A DNA stretch of 64,000 nucleotides from Gemmatimonadetes bacterium 13_2_20CM_2_65_7 (GTDB lineage Bacteria; Gemmatimonadota; Gemmatimonadetes; Gemmatimonadales; GWC2-71-9), in the NCBI GenBank assembly GCA_001915025.1, contig MNDR01000010.1, forward strand, positions 948 through 64,947. The letters run 5' to 3'. Under the pieces are notes generated by a model. It ran no database searches. It worked only from the letters and a program-made list of their open reading frames with translations, and had not been told where the DNA came from. Positions 1-9,674 of this stretch are shown piece by piece (position 1 is the first letter of the stretch; each line of letters opens with the position of its first letter). A program made the translations under genes and the position numbers.

Positions 1-324
1 GGTGGACGCCGCACGCTCGGCGACGGAGAGCGCGCGGGCGCGTGCAACTCGTCGCACAAAGTACGAGTCGCTCCACGCGGTGGCGTACACGGCTGCGAGC
101 CGCGCCGCCGCGTCGAACGACGCGCGTCCGACGGAGTCGTCGGTCTGGCCGGCATCCATCAAGCGACTGATCGCCCAGCGCGCCCTGCCGGTGCTGCGAC
201 GCACGCGCTCAATCAGCGCGGAGTCGGACGCGTCTCTCACGATCGCCCGCAACTCTTCGGCGCTCTGCGGAGCCTGAGAAGACACGAGCGCCACGATCGA
301 AAGCCGTACCAGGATGTGAATCAT
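1..324 (-). CDS. N-terminal part of a secreted protein (3' end runs off the window); possibly a TPR/CHAT-type partner of the ECF module
   Basis: ATG at 324 overlaps the stop of the anti-sigma gene (ATGA). Frame is open to base 1: MIHILVRLSIVALVSSQAPQSAEELRAIVRD..., with a signal-peptide-like start. The CHAT guess rests on context only. Confidence 0.55.
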   Translation of the reverse strand, partial: MIHILVRLSIVALVSSQAPQSAEELRAIVRDASDSALIERVRRSTGRARWAISRLMDAGQTDDSVGRASFDAAARLAAVYATAWSDSYFVRRVARARALSVAERAAST

Positions 325-992
325 CGTCTTTCCCCCACGACCCGAAACTCGACGAGATTCGAAGCCGTCCAGCGCTGCCACTCCGTTTGCGCCTCAACCA
401 TCCAGAAGTAAGGCGTACCAGACGCGAGCGCGGGGGACCGCGGGGCGGGAACCACCGTATCGGCGGTCTCCGAATTCCAGAGAAGTGCGCCATCATCCGT
501 GTAGAGACGTATCCGGTAGCGGCTGGCCTTCGAAACGGAGGACCACACAAACCGATCTACGCGGTCGACCCGATCGCGCGGCGCGATGAGGACGGGCGCC
601 TGTCCGCCCACGATTGCGCTGTCGCGTAGGACGGGCAATCCTCGGTCATCGGTGCGGCGTGGCCAGATGAACACCAGGACCGCGGCCGCTGCCGTCAGCG
701 GGCCGATAATCCAAAGCAGCCGACGCACACGGGTGCGTCTTTCTGATGCGGAGATTTCCCGTCGGACCGCTTCGTCCGCGAGGGCGCCAGCGACCGACGC
801 GAGCGCCCGTCGGCATACTTCACACTCGGTCAGATGGCGCATCGCGCCAGCCTTCGCCTCCGGATCACCCAGCTTCCCGTCGGCAAGGGCAGCGATCGTC
901 TCATCGTCAAGGCAGGAGGACGTGGGCGCGACCCTGCCGCGCCTTGAGAGCAGGTCGCTACGCAAGAGGTCCAAGCGTTCGCGATCCGTCAT
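321..992 (-). CDS. Zinc-finger (zf-HC2/ZAS) transmembrane anti-sigma factor
   Basis: CLDDETIAA...HLTECEVC (HxxxCxxC), one TM segment (LLWIIGPLTAAAAVLVFIW), C-terminal beta-rich extracytoplasmic domain; directly downstream of the ECF sigma. Confidence 0.8.
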   Translation of the reverse strand: MTDRERLDLLRSDLLSRRGRVAPTSSCLDDETIAALADGKLGDPEAKAGAMRHLTECEVCRRALASVAGALADEAVRREISASERRTRVRRLLWIIGPLTAAAAVLVFIWPRRTDDRGLPVLRDSAIVGGQAPVLIAPRDRVDRVDRFVWSSVSKASRYRIRLYTDDGALLWNSETADTVVPAPRSPALASGTPYFWMVEAQTEWQRWTASNLVEFRVVGERR

Positions 993-1032
993 GAAAGCCA
1001 GCATATGGAACGGTCCGAGAGCGCAAAAATGC

Positions 1033-1803
1033 TCACCGCGTGCCCCCGCGTAGGCCGGTCTCCTCCAGCCGGCTCCGCATCACGGCCAGTGCCCGATACA
1101 CGCGATTATACACGGCCTTGGCATTCGGCCAACCGACCACCTTCGCGACCGCATCGGCAGGCATCTCCTCCACTACGAAAAGCTCCACGGCCACGCGCTC
1201 CTCCGCGCTGAGGCAAGTCAACGCCTCTTCCAATTCTTCCCGCCGCTCTCGAGCTACAGCGCTGTCGCTCTCCTCCGCATGGCCTTCGGCCCCCGGCTCG
1301 CCCAGCTCGCGGAGAATCCGTCCGCGGCGTCCATTGGCGACTGCCCGATACGTGCCGCCGACCTCGGCGAGAAACTGCCCAAAGGAGAGATCGAGACCGT
1401 CCGCGGTCCTGATTAGCTCGTAGGCTTCGACGTGACTTCTCTTATTGAGGAACACAAGCTCGAAAATCCGGCGGCGCAGTGGCGCCAATCCCTCGGCCGC
1501 AGTTGAGAGTCGACGGCGGCCATCGCGATGGCGGAACCAATCAACGGTGAGATGTCGAACGACCGTGACGAGCCAGGTGGAAAAGCGGGCCTGATGTTCC
1601 GGCTGCTCGACCCAGGACCGGAGACGCCGGAGGTTGTCCGCGCGCAGCGCTTCACACGCGCGCGCGAACACATCCATCACATCGTCGTAGTCCTGGGCAT
1701 AATGCCGGATGGCTGCGAAGATGAGACGCCGGTACCGATCCAGGAACAGGTCCCACGCGGCATCGAACCTGCCCCGCAGCAACTCGGCCACCCACTCGTC
1801 CAC
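1033..1803 (-). CDS. ECF-type RNA polymerase sigma-70 factor with an insertion between regions 2 and 4
   Basis: Region 2 (AAWDLFLDRY...FSTWLVTVVRHLTVDWFR) and region 4 (LSAEERVAVELFVVEEMPADAVAKVVG...VYNRVYRAL). Confidence 0.85.
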   Translation of the reverse strand: MDEWVAELLRGRFDAAWDLFLDRYRRLIFAAIRHYAQDYDDVMDVFARACEALRADNLRRLRSWVEQPEHQARFSTWLVTVVRHLTVDWFRHRDGRRRLSTAAEGLAPLRRRIFELVFLNKRSHVEAYELIRTADGLDLSFGQFLAEVGGTYRAVANGRRGRILRELGEPGAEGHAEESDSAVARERREELEEALTCLSAEERVAVELFVVEEMPADAVAKVVGWPNAKAVYNRVYRALAVMRSRLEETGLRGGTR

Positions 1804-1828
1804 GGCCAGCCTTGAGGGAGTGCAGCCG

Positions 1829-1856
1829 GATATAGCCCGGGAGGGGTGGGTGTCAA
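1829..1856 (-). promoter_or_regulatory. Putative sigma70 promoter of the ECF operon
   Basis: On the minus strand TTGACA-16 nt-TATATC, ending about 25 nt before the GTG start. Confidence 0.5.
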
Positions 1857-1864
1857 GCCTCTCT

Positions 1865-2911
1865 TCAGAAAATCGCGATCAGCTGCGCTTGGATCTCGTT
1901 CGCCGCCGCGACGGGGTGCTCTGACTTGACGATGCCGTTCAATTGGAATCTCACCCGCTCGCTCGGCGCCAGCAGATTCAACCCCAGGGTCGTCCAGGTC
2001 AGCCGGGTATTCGTCGTCGTCGCGCCGGTCCTGCGGAAATCGTGTAGCTCCTCCCACTTTACCACCGGCTGAAACCACGGCCGCACTTTGTACGAGGCGA
2101 GAACATAGCCGCCGCGGGAATCGATGAATGTCGTTGGGGTGAACGGCCCGCGCCGCGCGATGAATTCGCCTTCGACGATGGCCCCCCGACCGACCCAGCG
2201 GCCGTCCCCTCCCCATCCATGCTCGTTACCCTGCGCGAGGTACTTGCCGGCGAGCGCGAGGTGTTCAATCGGCAGCACCGTCACCCGCCCCAAGACCATG
2301 TCGCGCCCGTCGAGGTTGGCCAGGCGATTCGGTCCTTCGCCGTTCACGACGGCGCTTTGCACGAGCAGATGCTTGGTGCTGATGAGCTGAGCGAGCGCGC
2401 CGATGTCGCGGCGCGTGGAGACGCGATCGACAACGGCCGACCGGTTCGCAGTCTGGAGCAGCGAGAACGGCGTGAGAAACTCGAGCGAGAATGGCGTGCG
2501 GAACTGGCCGACCATCAACGCCGGATGCAACGCTGCGATCCCGCCACCGGACGGCCGCTCCGGCAACACCAGCTGCAAGAACGCGTCGGTGAGCGCAATC
2601 GCCGGAACTGTGTCATTGGCCGTGCCGGTCGTGCGACCCACAGACGTGAAATCCACCTGCAGGCGCAGCGCCGCATATGGCGCCGGCCGCGCCATTGCCG
2701 TCACGCGCGCGCGATTGACGATCACCGTGACGGTATCACGCCGTTCCGTCCCGCGCACGCTGACGTATCCGCCGAGCCGGACTTCCGGCGTAAGTGGGTG
2801 CAGATCCAACACGGGCGTCGGCGCAACGGCGTACTGGGCGGCGAGGGTGGTGGTCCCCAGTGCGATCAGGACGCCCGTGCAGAGGCCGGCGCGGTTACGG
2901 CAGCGGTGCAC
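1865..2911 (-). CDS. Outer-membrane porin (phosphate-selective porin O/P-like)
   Basis: Signal peptide, LMVGQFRTPFSLE and RRDIG motifs typical of OprO/P-like porins, amphipathic beta strands, C-terminal Phe. Confidence 0.7.
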   Translation of the reverse strand: MHRCRNRAGLCTGVLIALGTTTLAAQYAVAPTPVLDLHPLTPEVRLGGYVSVRGTERRDTVTVIVNRARVTAMARPAPYAALRLQVDFTSVGRTTGTANDTVPAIALTDAFLQLVLPERPSGGGIAALHPALMVGQFRTPFSLEFLTPFSLLQTANRSAVVDRVSTRRDIGALAQLISTKHLLVQSAVVNGEGPNRLANLDGRDMVLGRVTVLPIEHLALAGKYLAQGNEHGWGGDGRWVGRGAIVEGEFIARRGPFTPTTFIDSRGGYVLASYKVRPWFQPVVKWEELHDFRRTGATTTNTRLTWTTLGLNLLAPSERVRFQLNGIVKSEHPVAAANEIQAQLIAIF

Positions 2912-5186
2912 GCGAGGCCGTTGCGGGCAGATTGCCCTCCACGAAGTTCGTGAGCAACGTGAACAGATGCTGCCGCGTGGTCCCCCCTGAAATCGAATGC
3001 GTGCGGTTCGGATAGACCATCAGCTGGAACGGCCGATTCGCCGCCACCAGCGCGTTGACCATCATCTCCGTGTTCTGGTAATGGACGTTGTCGTCACCCG
3101 AGCCGTGCACGATAAGCAGTTTGCCGCGCAGGTTCTTGGCGTAGGTGAGCGGCGAGCCCTTGTCGTAACCGGCCGCGTTGGTCTGGGGCAATCCGTTGTA
3201 ACGCTCGGTGTAAATCGTGTCGTAGAATTTCCAATGCGTTACCGGCGCGACCGCGATGGCCATCCGATAGACGTCGGGCGCCTGGGTGATGACGTTCAGC
3301 GACATGAACCCGCCGTAGCTCCAGCCCCAGATTCCAATCCGGGTCGAATCGACGTACGGGAACCGGCCAACCGCGCGGGCCGCGGCCGCCTGATCGTGGG
3401 TCTCGATTACGCCCATTTGTTTGTAGATGATCTTGCGCCACGCGCGCCCCCGCGCGCCCGTCCCGCGATTGTCCACGCTCGCGACGATGTAGCCGTGCTG
3501 CGCGAGCATCTGATACCACAGATAGTTCGCACCGCCCCAGCCGTCCGTCACCGTCTGCGAACCCGGGCCGCCGTAGACAAAGAAGAGCACCGGATAGCGT
3601 GCGGTGGAATCGAAATTCGGCGGTCGGATGAACCAGGCGTTGAGTTGGACGCCGTCGCCGATGTCGACTTTCCGGAACTGGGTCGAGCCCAATTTGAGCC
3701 CAGCGACTTTCGCCTTGAGCGCAGCGTTGTCGACGAGCGTGCGCAGTGTCCGATTGTCCAGGAGACTGACGAGCGTCACGGTCGGCGGCACACCGAACCG
3801 CGAGTAGAAGTGCACGGCGTACCGACCACTCGGCGCGATCTCGTAGGCATGGACGCCCGGCTCGTTCGCCGACGTCAAGCGCTGCACCGGTATGCGCTTC
3901 GCAAAATTGACGCGATACAGATAGCGCTGCGTCGGGTTATCGGGAGACGCCGTGTAGTACACCCATCCATTCGCCATATCGACGTGGTGCACGCCGAGGA
4001 CGTCGAAATCACCGGGCGTCAGCTCGCGTGGCGTGCCGCCGCCGCGGGGGATGAGAAAGAGATGATTCCAACCGCTGCGCTCGGACATCCAGAGGATGTC
4101 CTTGCCGCCGTTCACGAATTTCAAGTCATCGAACTGCTCGACCCAGGTGCTGTCCTCCTCGGTGAACAGCGTGCGAACTGCACCCGTCTGGGGGTCAGCC
4201 ACCATCACATGCAACGTGTCCTGCAGGCGGTTCAGATGTTGAATCACCAGCTCCTTGCTACTGCCGCCTTTCGGTTGGGGGACCCATTCCATGCGCGCGA
4301 TGTAGGTATTGCGCGCGTCGCCGGGCACGTTCATCCACCGCGTCTCTCCGCTCGCAGCGCTCACGACGCCGACGCGACTCGCCGAATTCGTCTGGCCCGC
4401 CTTCGGGTACTGCACCAGCTTCGTGTTCGCGTACAGTGAGTCCGTGGTGTTATAGAGGAGGAAGTCCCGCACACCGCTCGCGTCGAGCTGCCAGTAGGCG
4501 ATCGACTGGCCGTCCGGATTCCAGCGCCAGCCGTCTTGCAGTCCGAGCTCCTCCTCGTACACCCAGTCGAACGTGCCGTTGATCGTCGTGCGCGACCCGT
4601 CGTGCGTGAGCTGCGTGAGCTTCCCGCTCGCGAGGTCTTCGACGTAGATGTTGTACTCGCCGTAGCGCACCCATCCCACTCGACCGCCGTCGGGCGAGAA
4701 TTTCGCGAACATCAGCGTCGATTCCGGTCCATTGCCGCCGAGTTTCTTGAGGCTCCAGCCGGCGAGATCGAGGACCCAGTAATCGCCGCGCGTGTTCGTG
4801 CGCCAGACCTGAGCGGAATTCGTGAAGATCAGGAGCTTGCGGCCGTCGGCGGACCAGCGGTACTCCTCGATATCGAGCGGGGTCGAGTCTCCCTGCGGAA
4901 CGAAGCGCGACGCCGGGACGAGAATCGTGCGCAGCCCCGTTTCGGCATCGTAGCGCACGAGATCGCGACCGGGCTTGTTGTCGGCCGGCCGCTCGAGGCT
5001 GGTGTAGGCGTCGCCGTCGGAGAGCCAGGCGAGCGGCCCGAACGAGCCGCCGCGGAATTCGCGTGATGCGAAGATGCGATCGACGGTGAGGAGTGAAGAG
5101 TCGTTCGCCGCCCGTTGGGCCACTGCTAGGGGGGGACTGCCCAACGGGGCGACGAACGCTACAGCAAGAAGTACTCGACGCAGCAT
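2895..5186 (-). CDS. S9B family peptidase (dipeptidyl peptidase IV)
   Basis: DWVYEEE motif, GWSYGG nucleophile, DDNVH Asp, C-terminal His (NRTHSI); signal peptide from ATG 5186. Confidence 0.95.
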   Translation of the reverse strand: MLRRVLLAVAFVAPLGSPPLAVAQRAANDSSLLTVDRIFASREFRGGSFGPLAWLSDGDAYTSLERPADNKPGRDLVRYDAETGLRTILVPASRFVPQGDSTPLDIEEYRWSADGRKLLIFTNSAQVWRTNTRGDYWVLDLAGWSLKKLGGNGPESTLMFAKFSPDGGRVGWVRYGEYNIYVEDLASGKLTQLTHDGSRTTINGTFDWVYEEELGLQDGWRWNPDGQSIAYWQLDASGVRDFLLYNTTDSLYANTKLVQYPKAGQTNSASRVGVVSAASGETRWMNVPGDARNTYIARMEWVPQPKGGSSKELVIQHLNRLQDTLHVMVADPQTGAVRTLFTEEDSTWVEQFDDLKFVNGGKDILWMSERSGWNHLFLIPRGGGTPRELTPGDFDVLGVHHVDMANGWVYYTASPDNPTQRYLYRVNFAKRIPVQRLTSANEPGVHAYEIAPSGRYAVHFYSRFGVPPTVTLVSLLDNRTLRTLVDNAALKAKVAGLKLGSTQFRKVDIGDGVQLNAWFIRPPNFDSTARYPVLFFVYGGPGSQTVTDGWGGANYLWYQMLAQHGYIVASVDNRGTGARGRAWRKIIYKQMGVIETHDQAAAARAVGRFPYVDSTRIGIWGWSYGGFMSLNVITQAPDVYRMAIAVAPVTHWKFYDTIYTERYNGLPQTNAAGYDKGSPLTYAKNLRGKLLIVHGSGDDNVHYQNTEMMVNALVAANRPFQLMVYPNRTHSISGGTTRQHLFTLLTNFVEGNLPATASRAPLP

Positions 5187-5223
5187 CGTTCGGGATCCGT
5201 TTGAAGTGGGACACGAACGATAG

Positions 5224-5706
5224 CTACGGACGGGGTGGTGCGCCTCCCATCCCGCCGCGCCGCGCAACCTGCGGTTTGGCGAGCGCGTCGAATTTTGTCT
5301 GTTGGTCGGGGGTCAGATTATTGCGGATGGCCGCGACCCACTGATCTGCTTCAGCCTGGAACCCTTCCATTTGGGTGCGCATGCTGTCGAAGCGCGCGCG
5401 CATCTCGGGGGTGGGCTCCTGCCTCGGTTGGAAACCACTGCCCTGCATCTGCTGCCGGAAGGCCTGGCGCTTCGCGGCGGCGTCCTTCAGCACGCCATTG
5501 AGCGCGGTATAGGACGGACCGATCTTGGCGCGTTGGTCGGCGGTCAGGTTGAGGGCCTGGCTCAGCGAGTCGACGGTCATCCAGTGATCGGGAGGCGGTT
5601 GGAAACGGGGGCGCTGACCGTCGGGCGCAGGCGCGGGTGGTGCCTGGCCGAGTGCCGGCATGGCCAGTAGGAAGGAAAGTGCGGCGACGGCGCACACACG
5701 ACGCAT
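5224..5706 (-). CDS. Spy/CpxP-like periplasmic protein
   Basis: Signal peptide plus two LTxxQ motifs (LNLTADQ, LTPDQ) in a helical protein. Confidence 0.7.
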   Translation of the reverse strand: MRRVCAVAALSFLLAMPALGQAPPAPAPDGQRPRFQPPPDHWMTVDSLSQALNLTADQRAKIGPSYTALNGVLKDAAAKRQAFRQQMQGSGFQPRQEPTPEMRARFDSMRTQMEGFQAEADQWVAAIRNNLTPDQQTKFDALAKPQVARRGGMGGAPPRP

Positions 5707-5763
5707 AACGAGTGACTCCGAAAAAGGGTCACTCGTTATACGCCCATCCCCTAGCGGATGTTA

Positions 5764-6435
5764 TTAGCGGGATAGACTACCGATCGAGTCGGCCTTGCAC
5801 CAACCATTCGGGGCACAAGGCGTATGGCACGTTCCGACCGCCACAGTCCTCAAACCCCGCACGCTTCTGCTGCGGGGATCGAATACCCACCGCGCCAACG
5901 ATTGATTGATGGGCGGATGCAGATACGCCTCCCCCGTATCCCGGGGATCTCTGTATATCTCAACGCGCACCTTGCTCCGACGCACCAAGCTACCTCGACC
6001 GTCCATGGTGATCAGCATTGCGTACTTGGGTTCAGGGTCTGCTTGAATCCAGATGTAGGTAATGCCACGGGTCGCAAGTCCGAATCTCGGTACCGAGTCC
6101 CCCAGATTCACCATCCGGGCGACGATTCCGCCCGGCGCTGCCGCGCCCGGCATGGCGACGGGCTCGACGCGGGCCGCCTGTCGACTCGGTCGGCTCCAGT
6201 CAAGCGGTTGCTCGTCACTCAGGACATGATCCGAGTGGAAGTGAAGCGAGTGCAGATAGGGCAACAGTATGGAGTCCGGCGGAGAAACGGAGTCCACGAC
6301 TTCCGGACGCTGGGCTGAGCCCACGCCCTCGGGACCCTGGCTTGCGGCGTTCCGGGAACGGGACAGCATGGCAAATGCCGCTACGACAACAGCCGCTACG
6401 AGAACTGGTGGCGCGATTACGCGTGTGCTTGTCAC
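5764..6435 (-). CDS. Hypothetical exported/membrane-anchored protein with a C-terminal Cys motif
   Basis: GTG at 6435 with GGAGGA SD; N-terminal hydrophobic stretch (VLVAAVVVAAFAML); ends CHTPCAPNGWC. Confidence 0.6.
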   Translation of the reverse strand: MTSTRVIAPPVLVAAVVVAAFAMLSRSRNAASQGPEGVGSAQRPEVVDSVSPPDSILLPYLHSLHFHSDHVLSDEQPLDWSRPSRQAARVEPVAMPGAAAPGGIVARMVNLGDSVPRFGLATRGITYIWIQADPEPKYAMLITMDGRGSLVRRSKVRVEIYRDPRDTGEAYLHPPINQSLARWVFDPRSRSVRGLRTVAVGTCHTPCAPNGWCKADSIGSLSR

Positions 6436-6463
6436 CGTTCCTCCTCGGGTTACGCTGTCAGGG

Positions 6464-9400
6464 TCAATCCATCTCTCTTCCACTGGCGAAGCGGCGCATC
6501 CGTTGCACCGTCGGTTGGAGCGCGTCGTCGGCATTCGTCCACAAGGCTGCCACTGTTTGTCCCCATCGACGAGCAACGGCATACTCGCCCCGTCTATCGG
6601 CCAGATCGGCGCGCAGCGCCATGAGCCGCACCAACATGACGGTCTCGGCAGCTTCCTCCACGACATGCAATCCAATCGTCGGCAGCGCCTCCAAGAAGGG
6701 ATCGATCCGTCGAATGGCTGCGGCCGTGTCCTTGGATGCGAGGAGTAGCCAGGATTCGAGATAAACGCTCGAAACGCCAAGGTCTCCGGGGCGGGTGTTC
6801 TTGCGAAGACTATCGAGCCACGCAAAACTGTTTCGGAGCCTGGCGCTGTCGCCGCGCGCGAATGCCGCCTGCATGGCGATGAGGTAGGCGTCCGCGGTCG
6901 CAGTGCGATGCAGCGTGCTGACACCGACTTCGGGAAACGCAAGCATTGAGGGCAGCAACAGCAGGGCGCCGCGCGCTTGTGCCTTCTGTCGTTGTTCCAC
7001 CCAGATGTTGATCTGCTGCTCGGTACGGGTCCTCGCGACGAGCAAGCTTTCGCGGGGAGCGCCGAATGCCGCGTACGCCACCAGTTTGAGTGCTTGCTCT
7101 ACAGCCGGCTTCGGCAGGAGAATTGGCGCACCTTGTAGAGTCGTCTGTGTGTCAACCGCAGCACTTCGCTGGAGTAGGTCCGCGGTCATGAACACATGGC
7201 CAGTAAGCGCCGCCAGACCCGCCATTTCGCTTGATTGTGCAGGCCCGACGGATTTCCACACGGTCAAAGCGCTCTCGGCGTGTATGCGCGCGCTATCGAA
7301 TTCGCCGAGCTTCAAAAACAGCCTGACTTCCGCCACCGCCAACTCCAAGCGCTGCACCGAGTCTGTGCTGAGTTGTAGTGCCCGTCGCACGCTCGCCAAG
7401 GCGGAGCCTTCGGGATTGCTCTTGAGGAACAGATCTCCCGTTGTTTCCAGCACTTTGGAGAGTGCAAAGTAGGCGTCAGGACTGTTTGGGAAGGCGTGCA
7501 CCCAGCGAAGCGTCACGCCACGCAACAGATCGCGATTCCGCGTGAGCGCTAGCGAAATGGACGCTGGTATGGCCCCCTCGCGACCTTGCACCAAGTCCGC
7601 TAGAGGTACGGGCGTGAACGCCAGCGTATCGTGGTCGACAGCCGGCCACGAGCCGAACCAGATGGTATCAGGGGTCAGCGCGTAGCCGCCCCTGTAAATG
7701 CCGGCTTCGGTGTGAAACAACGCCGTCAGTCGTGTGAAAGCCACTCCCGTAAATGCGCGATGCACCGACGGAATCAACTCGAGCGCGCGTTGGTACGCCG
7801 ATGCAGCGGCACGATAGCTGGAACGAAAGCGCCAGCCGGACACACTCTGCGGGTCACGTACGACCAACTTGTCCCTGGTCTGGCAATCTCCCAGTCCAAA
7901 CCACGCGACAAAGTCCAGACTATCTCGGGCGAGCAAACGTCGATACTCCGCGCAACTTTGGAAGGGATTGTTGTTGGCGAGATCGGCGAGTGCGCGCGCC
8001 AACGCTCGCTCTCGGAAGCCAAGACGACCGCCAACGGCAGCACTCGTTACCGCGAATGGCCTCCACGACGCGACGGGACGGCCACCCCACTCCAGCGTCT
8101 GGGCCAACCAAAGGTGGGCGTGCGCATAGTCTGGATCGAGCTCGATCGCCCTCCTGAACCCGCGCTCAGCCCCCTCCAAATCCCATTTGCCCAAGGAAAC
8201 TTGCCCGTCTGCGTACGCCTGCCACGCGGCGAGGAACCGCGTCCCCAACACGGCTCCGCTATCATCCTGCGATCGGACATGCCCAAGCAGCAACGAATCC
8301 GCGAGTTCACGAAATCGCAGGTTGATATCGGAGGCGTTCGCGGGAAATCGCACGGAATGATTGCGGACGGTCGAGCCACGACGCACGTCATAAAGCGCGG
8401 CGCGTACCTGTACCGTATCGCCGAATTGCGCGACATCGCCCCATACCAACTGCCCCGAGCCAAGCGCGCGAGCGATGGCGAATGCTTGGTCGAGGGTTCC
8501 GGCATCAGCACCCGTGCGAGCGTGGAGATCGTGCACGCGCAGATCATCGACGAGTCGCACGTCTTCCCAGCGGCTGAACGCTTCAACGAGCAATGACTCG
8601 CATCGGTCACCCGTAATCAGCTTCGGTGCCGCGCCTTCTCGATGGGTGAACGGAACAACTACATACAACAACGCATCGAGCGGGCTGGCCCGGAGTCTTG
8701 GTAACACAATAGCCCCGGCGGTCCCCAGCATGACGGCAGCCACGACGGCAGCGGCGCGCCAGCGGCGCCGGATCCGCTGCTGGCGGCTCGATGACGATGC
8801 GGTCTGCGGCAGCCGTAACGCCGTCGCGAACTCGCCGGCCGTGGCGTACCGCTCACCTGGCTGCTCCGCGAGTGCCGTCTCGATCGCCAGCTGGATTTCG
8901 ATGGGAACGTCTTGCCGCTCGCTGATCAGCGACGTCCGCGCATCGGACGGCGTTCGGCCCACGAGCATCTCGTACAGCACGCATCCCAAACTGTAGATAT
9001 CGCTGCGGCCGTCGATTTCCCTCTGTCCGGTCGCCTGCTCCGGACTCATGTAGCCCACGGTTCCGATCACGAGGCCCGTACCCGTTTTTCGCGACTCGTC
9101 CGCCTCTCGGATCGCGCGCGCGATGCCGAAGTCGCTGATGACCGGATGCCCTGCCTCGAGCAGAATGTTTTCGGGCTTGATGTCGCGGTGGACGATGTTC
9201 TTCGCGTGCGCGTAGGAGAGCGCTTCGGCAACATCGCAGGCAATCGACACGGCCTCCGCAACGGGAAGTCGGCGCTCGCGCGTCAGGCGCTGTCGCAACG
9301 ATTCGCCTTCGACATAGGGCATTGTGTAGAACAGGAGGCCATCCGCGACATCCGAGTCGAACAACGGCAGGATGTGGGGATGTGCGAGCCCGGCGGCAAC

Positions 9401-9595
9401 CTGGATTTCGTCGAGAAAGCGGTCGGGACCGAGGACGGCGGCGATGTCCGGCCGGAAGACCTTCAGGGCGACAAAGCGATTGCGGGGACGATCGCGGGCG
9501 AGATACACGATTGACATCCCGCCCCGGCCGATCTCGCGGTCGATGCTGTAACGATCGGCCAGCGCTTTTTGCAGCCGAGGGAGCCAATCAGTCAC
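6464..9595 (-). CDS. Hanks-type Ser/Thr receptor kinase with TM segment and TPR-rich ectodomain
   Basis: GRGGMS, VALK, HRDIKPEN, DFG, GTVGYMSPEQ, DIYSLG; TM (AAAVVAAVMLGTAGAIVL); TPR-like repeats (RRAIELDPDYAHAHLWLA). GGAGG SD before the GTG. Confidence 0.92.
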   Translation of the reverse strand: MTDWLPRLQKALADRYSIDREIGRGGMSIVYLARDRPRNRFVALKVFRPDIAAVLGPDRFLDEIQVAAGLAHPHILPLFDSDVADGLLFYTMPYVEGESLRQRLTRERRLPVAEAVSIACDVAEALSYAHAKNIVHRDIKPENILLEAGHPVISDFGIARAIREADESRKTGTGLVIGTVGYMSPEQATGQREIDGRSDIYSLGCVLYEMLVGRTPSDARTSLISERQDVPIEIQLAIETALAEQPGERYATAGEFATALRLPQTASSSSRQQRIRRRWRAAAVVAAVMLGTAGAIVLPRLRASPLDALLYVVVPFTHREGAAPKLITGDRCESLLVEAFSRWEDVRLVDDLRVHDLHARTGADAGTLDQAFAIARALGSGQLVWGDVAQFGDTVQVRAALYDVRRGSTVRNHSVRFPANASDINLRFRELADSLLLGHVRSQDDSGAVLGTRFLAAWQAYADGQVSLGKWDLEGAERGFRRAIELDPDYAHAHLWLAQTLEWGGRPVASWRPFAVTSAAVGGRLGFRERALARALADLANNNPFQSCAEYRRLLARDSLDFVAWFGLGDCQTRDKLVVRDPQSVSGWRFRSSYRAAASAYQRALELIPSVHRAFTGVAFTRLTALFHTEAGIYRGGYALTPDTIWFGSWPAVDHDTLAFTPVPLADLVQGREGAIPASISLALTRNRDLLRGVTLRWVHAFPNSPDAYFALSKVLETTGDLFLKSNPEGSALASVRRALQLSTDSVQRLELAVAEVRLFLKLGEFDSARIHAESALTVWKSVGPAQSSEMAGLAALTGHVFMTADLLQRSAAVDTQTTLQGAPILLPKPAVEQALKLVAYAAFGAPRESLLVARTRTEQQINIWVEQRQKAQARGALLLLPSMLAFPEVGVSTLHRTATADAYLIAMQAAFARGDSARLRNSFAWLDSLRKNTRPGDLGVSSVYLESWLLLASKDTAAAIRRIDPFLEALPTIGLHVVEEAAETVMLVRLMALRADLADRRGEYAVARRWGQTVAALWTNADDALQPTVQRMRRFASGREMD

Positions 9596-9674
9596 GCGCT
9601 ACCTCCGGGCATAAGCATACGACGACGGCAACCCCTTGGCTACACGCGGTTTGCCGACTACTTTCCGTGGCCCG

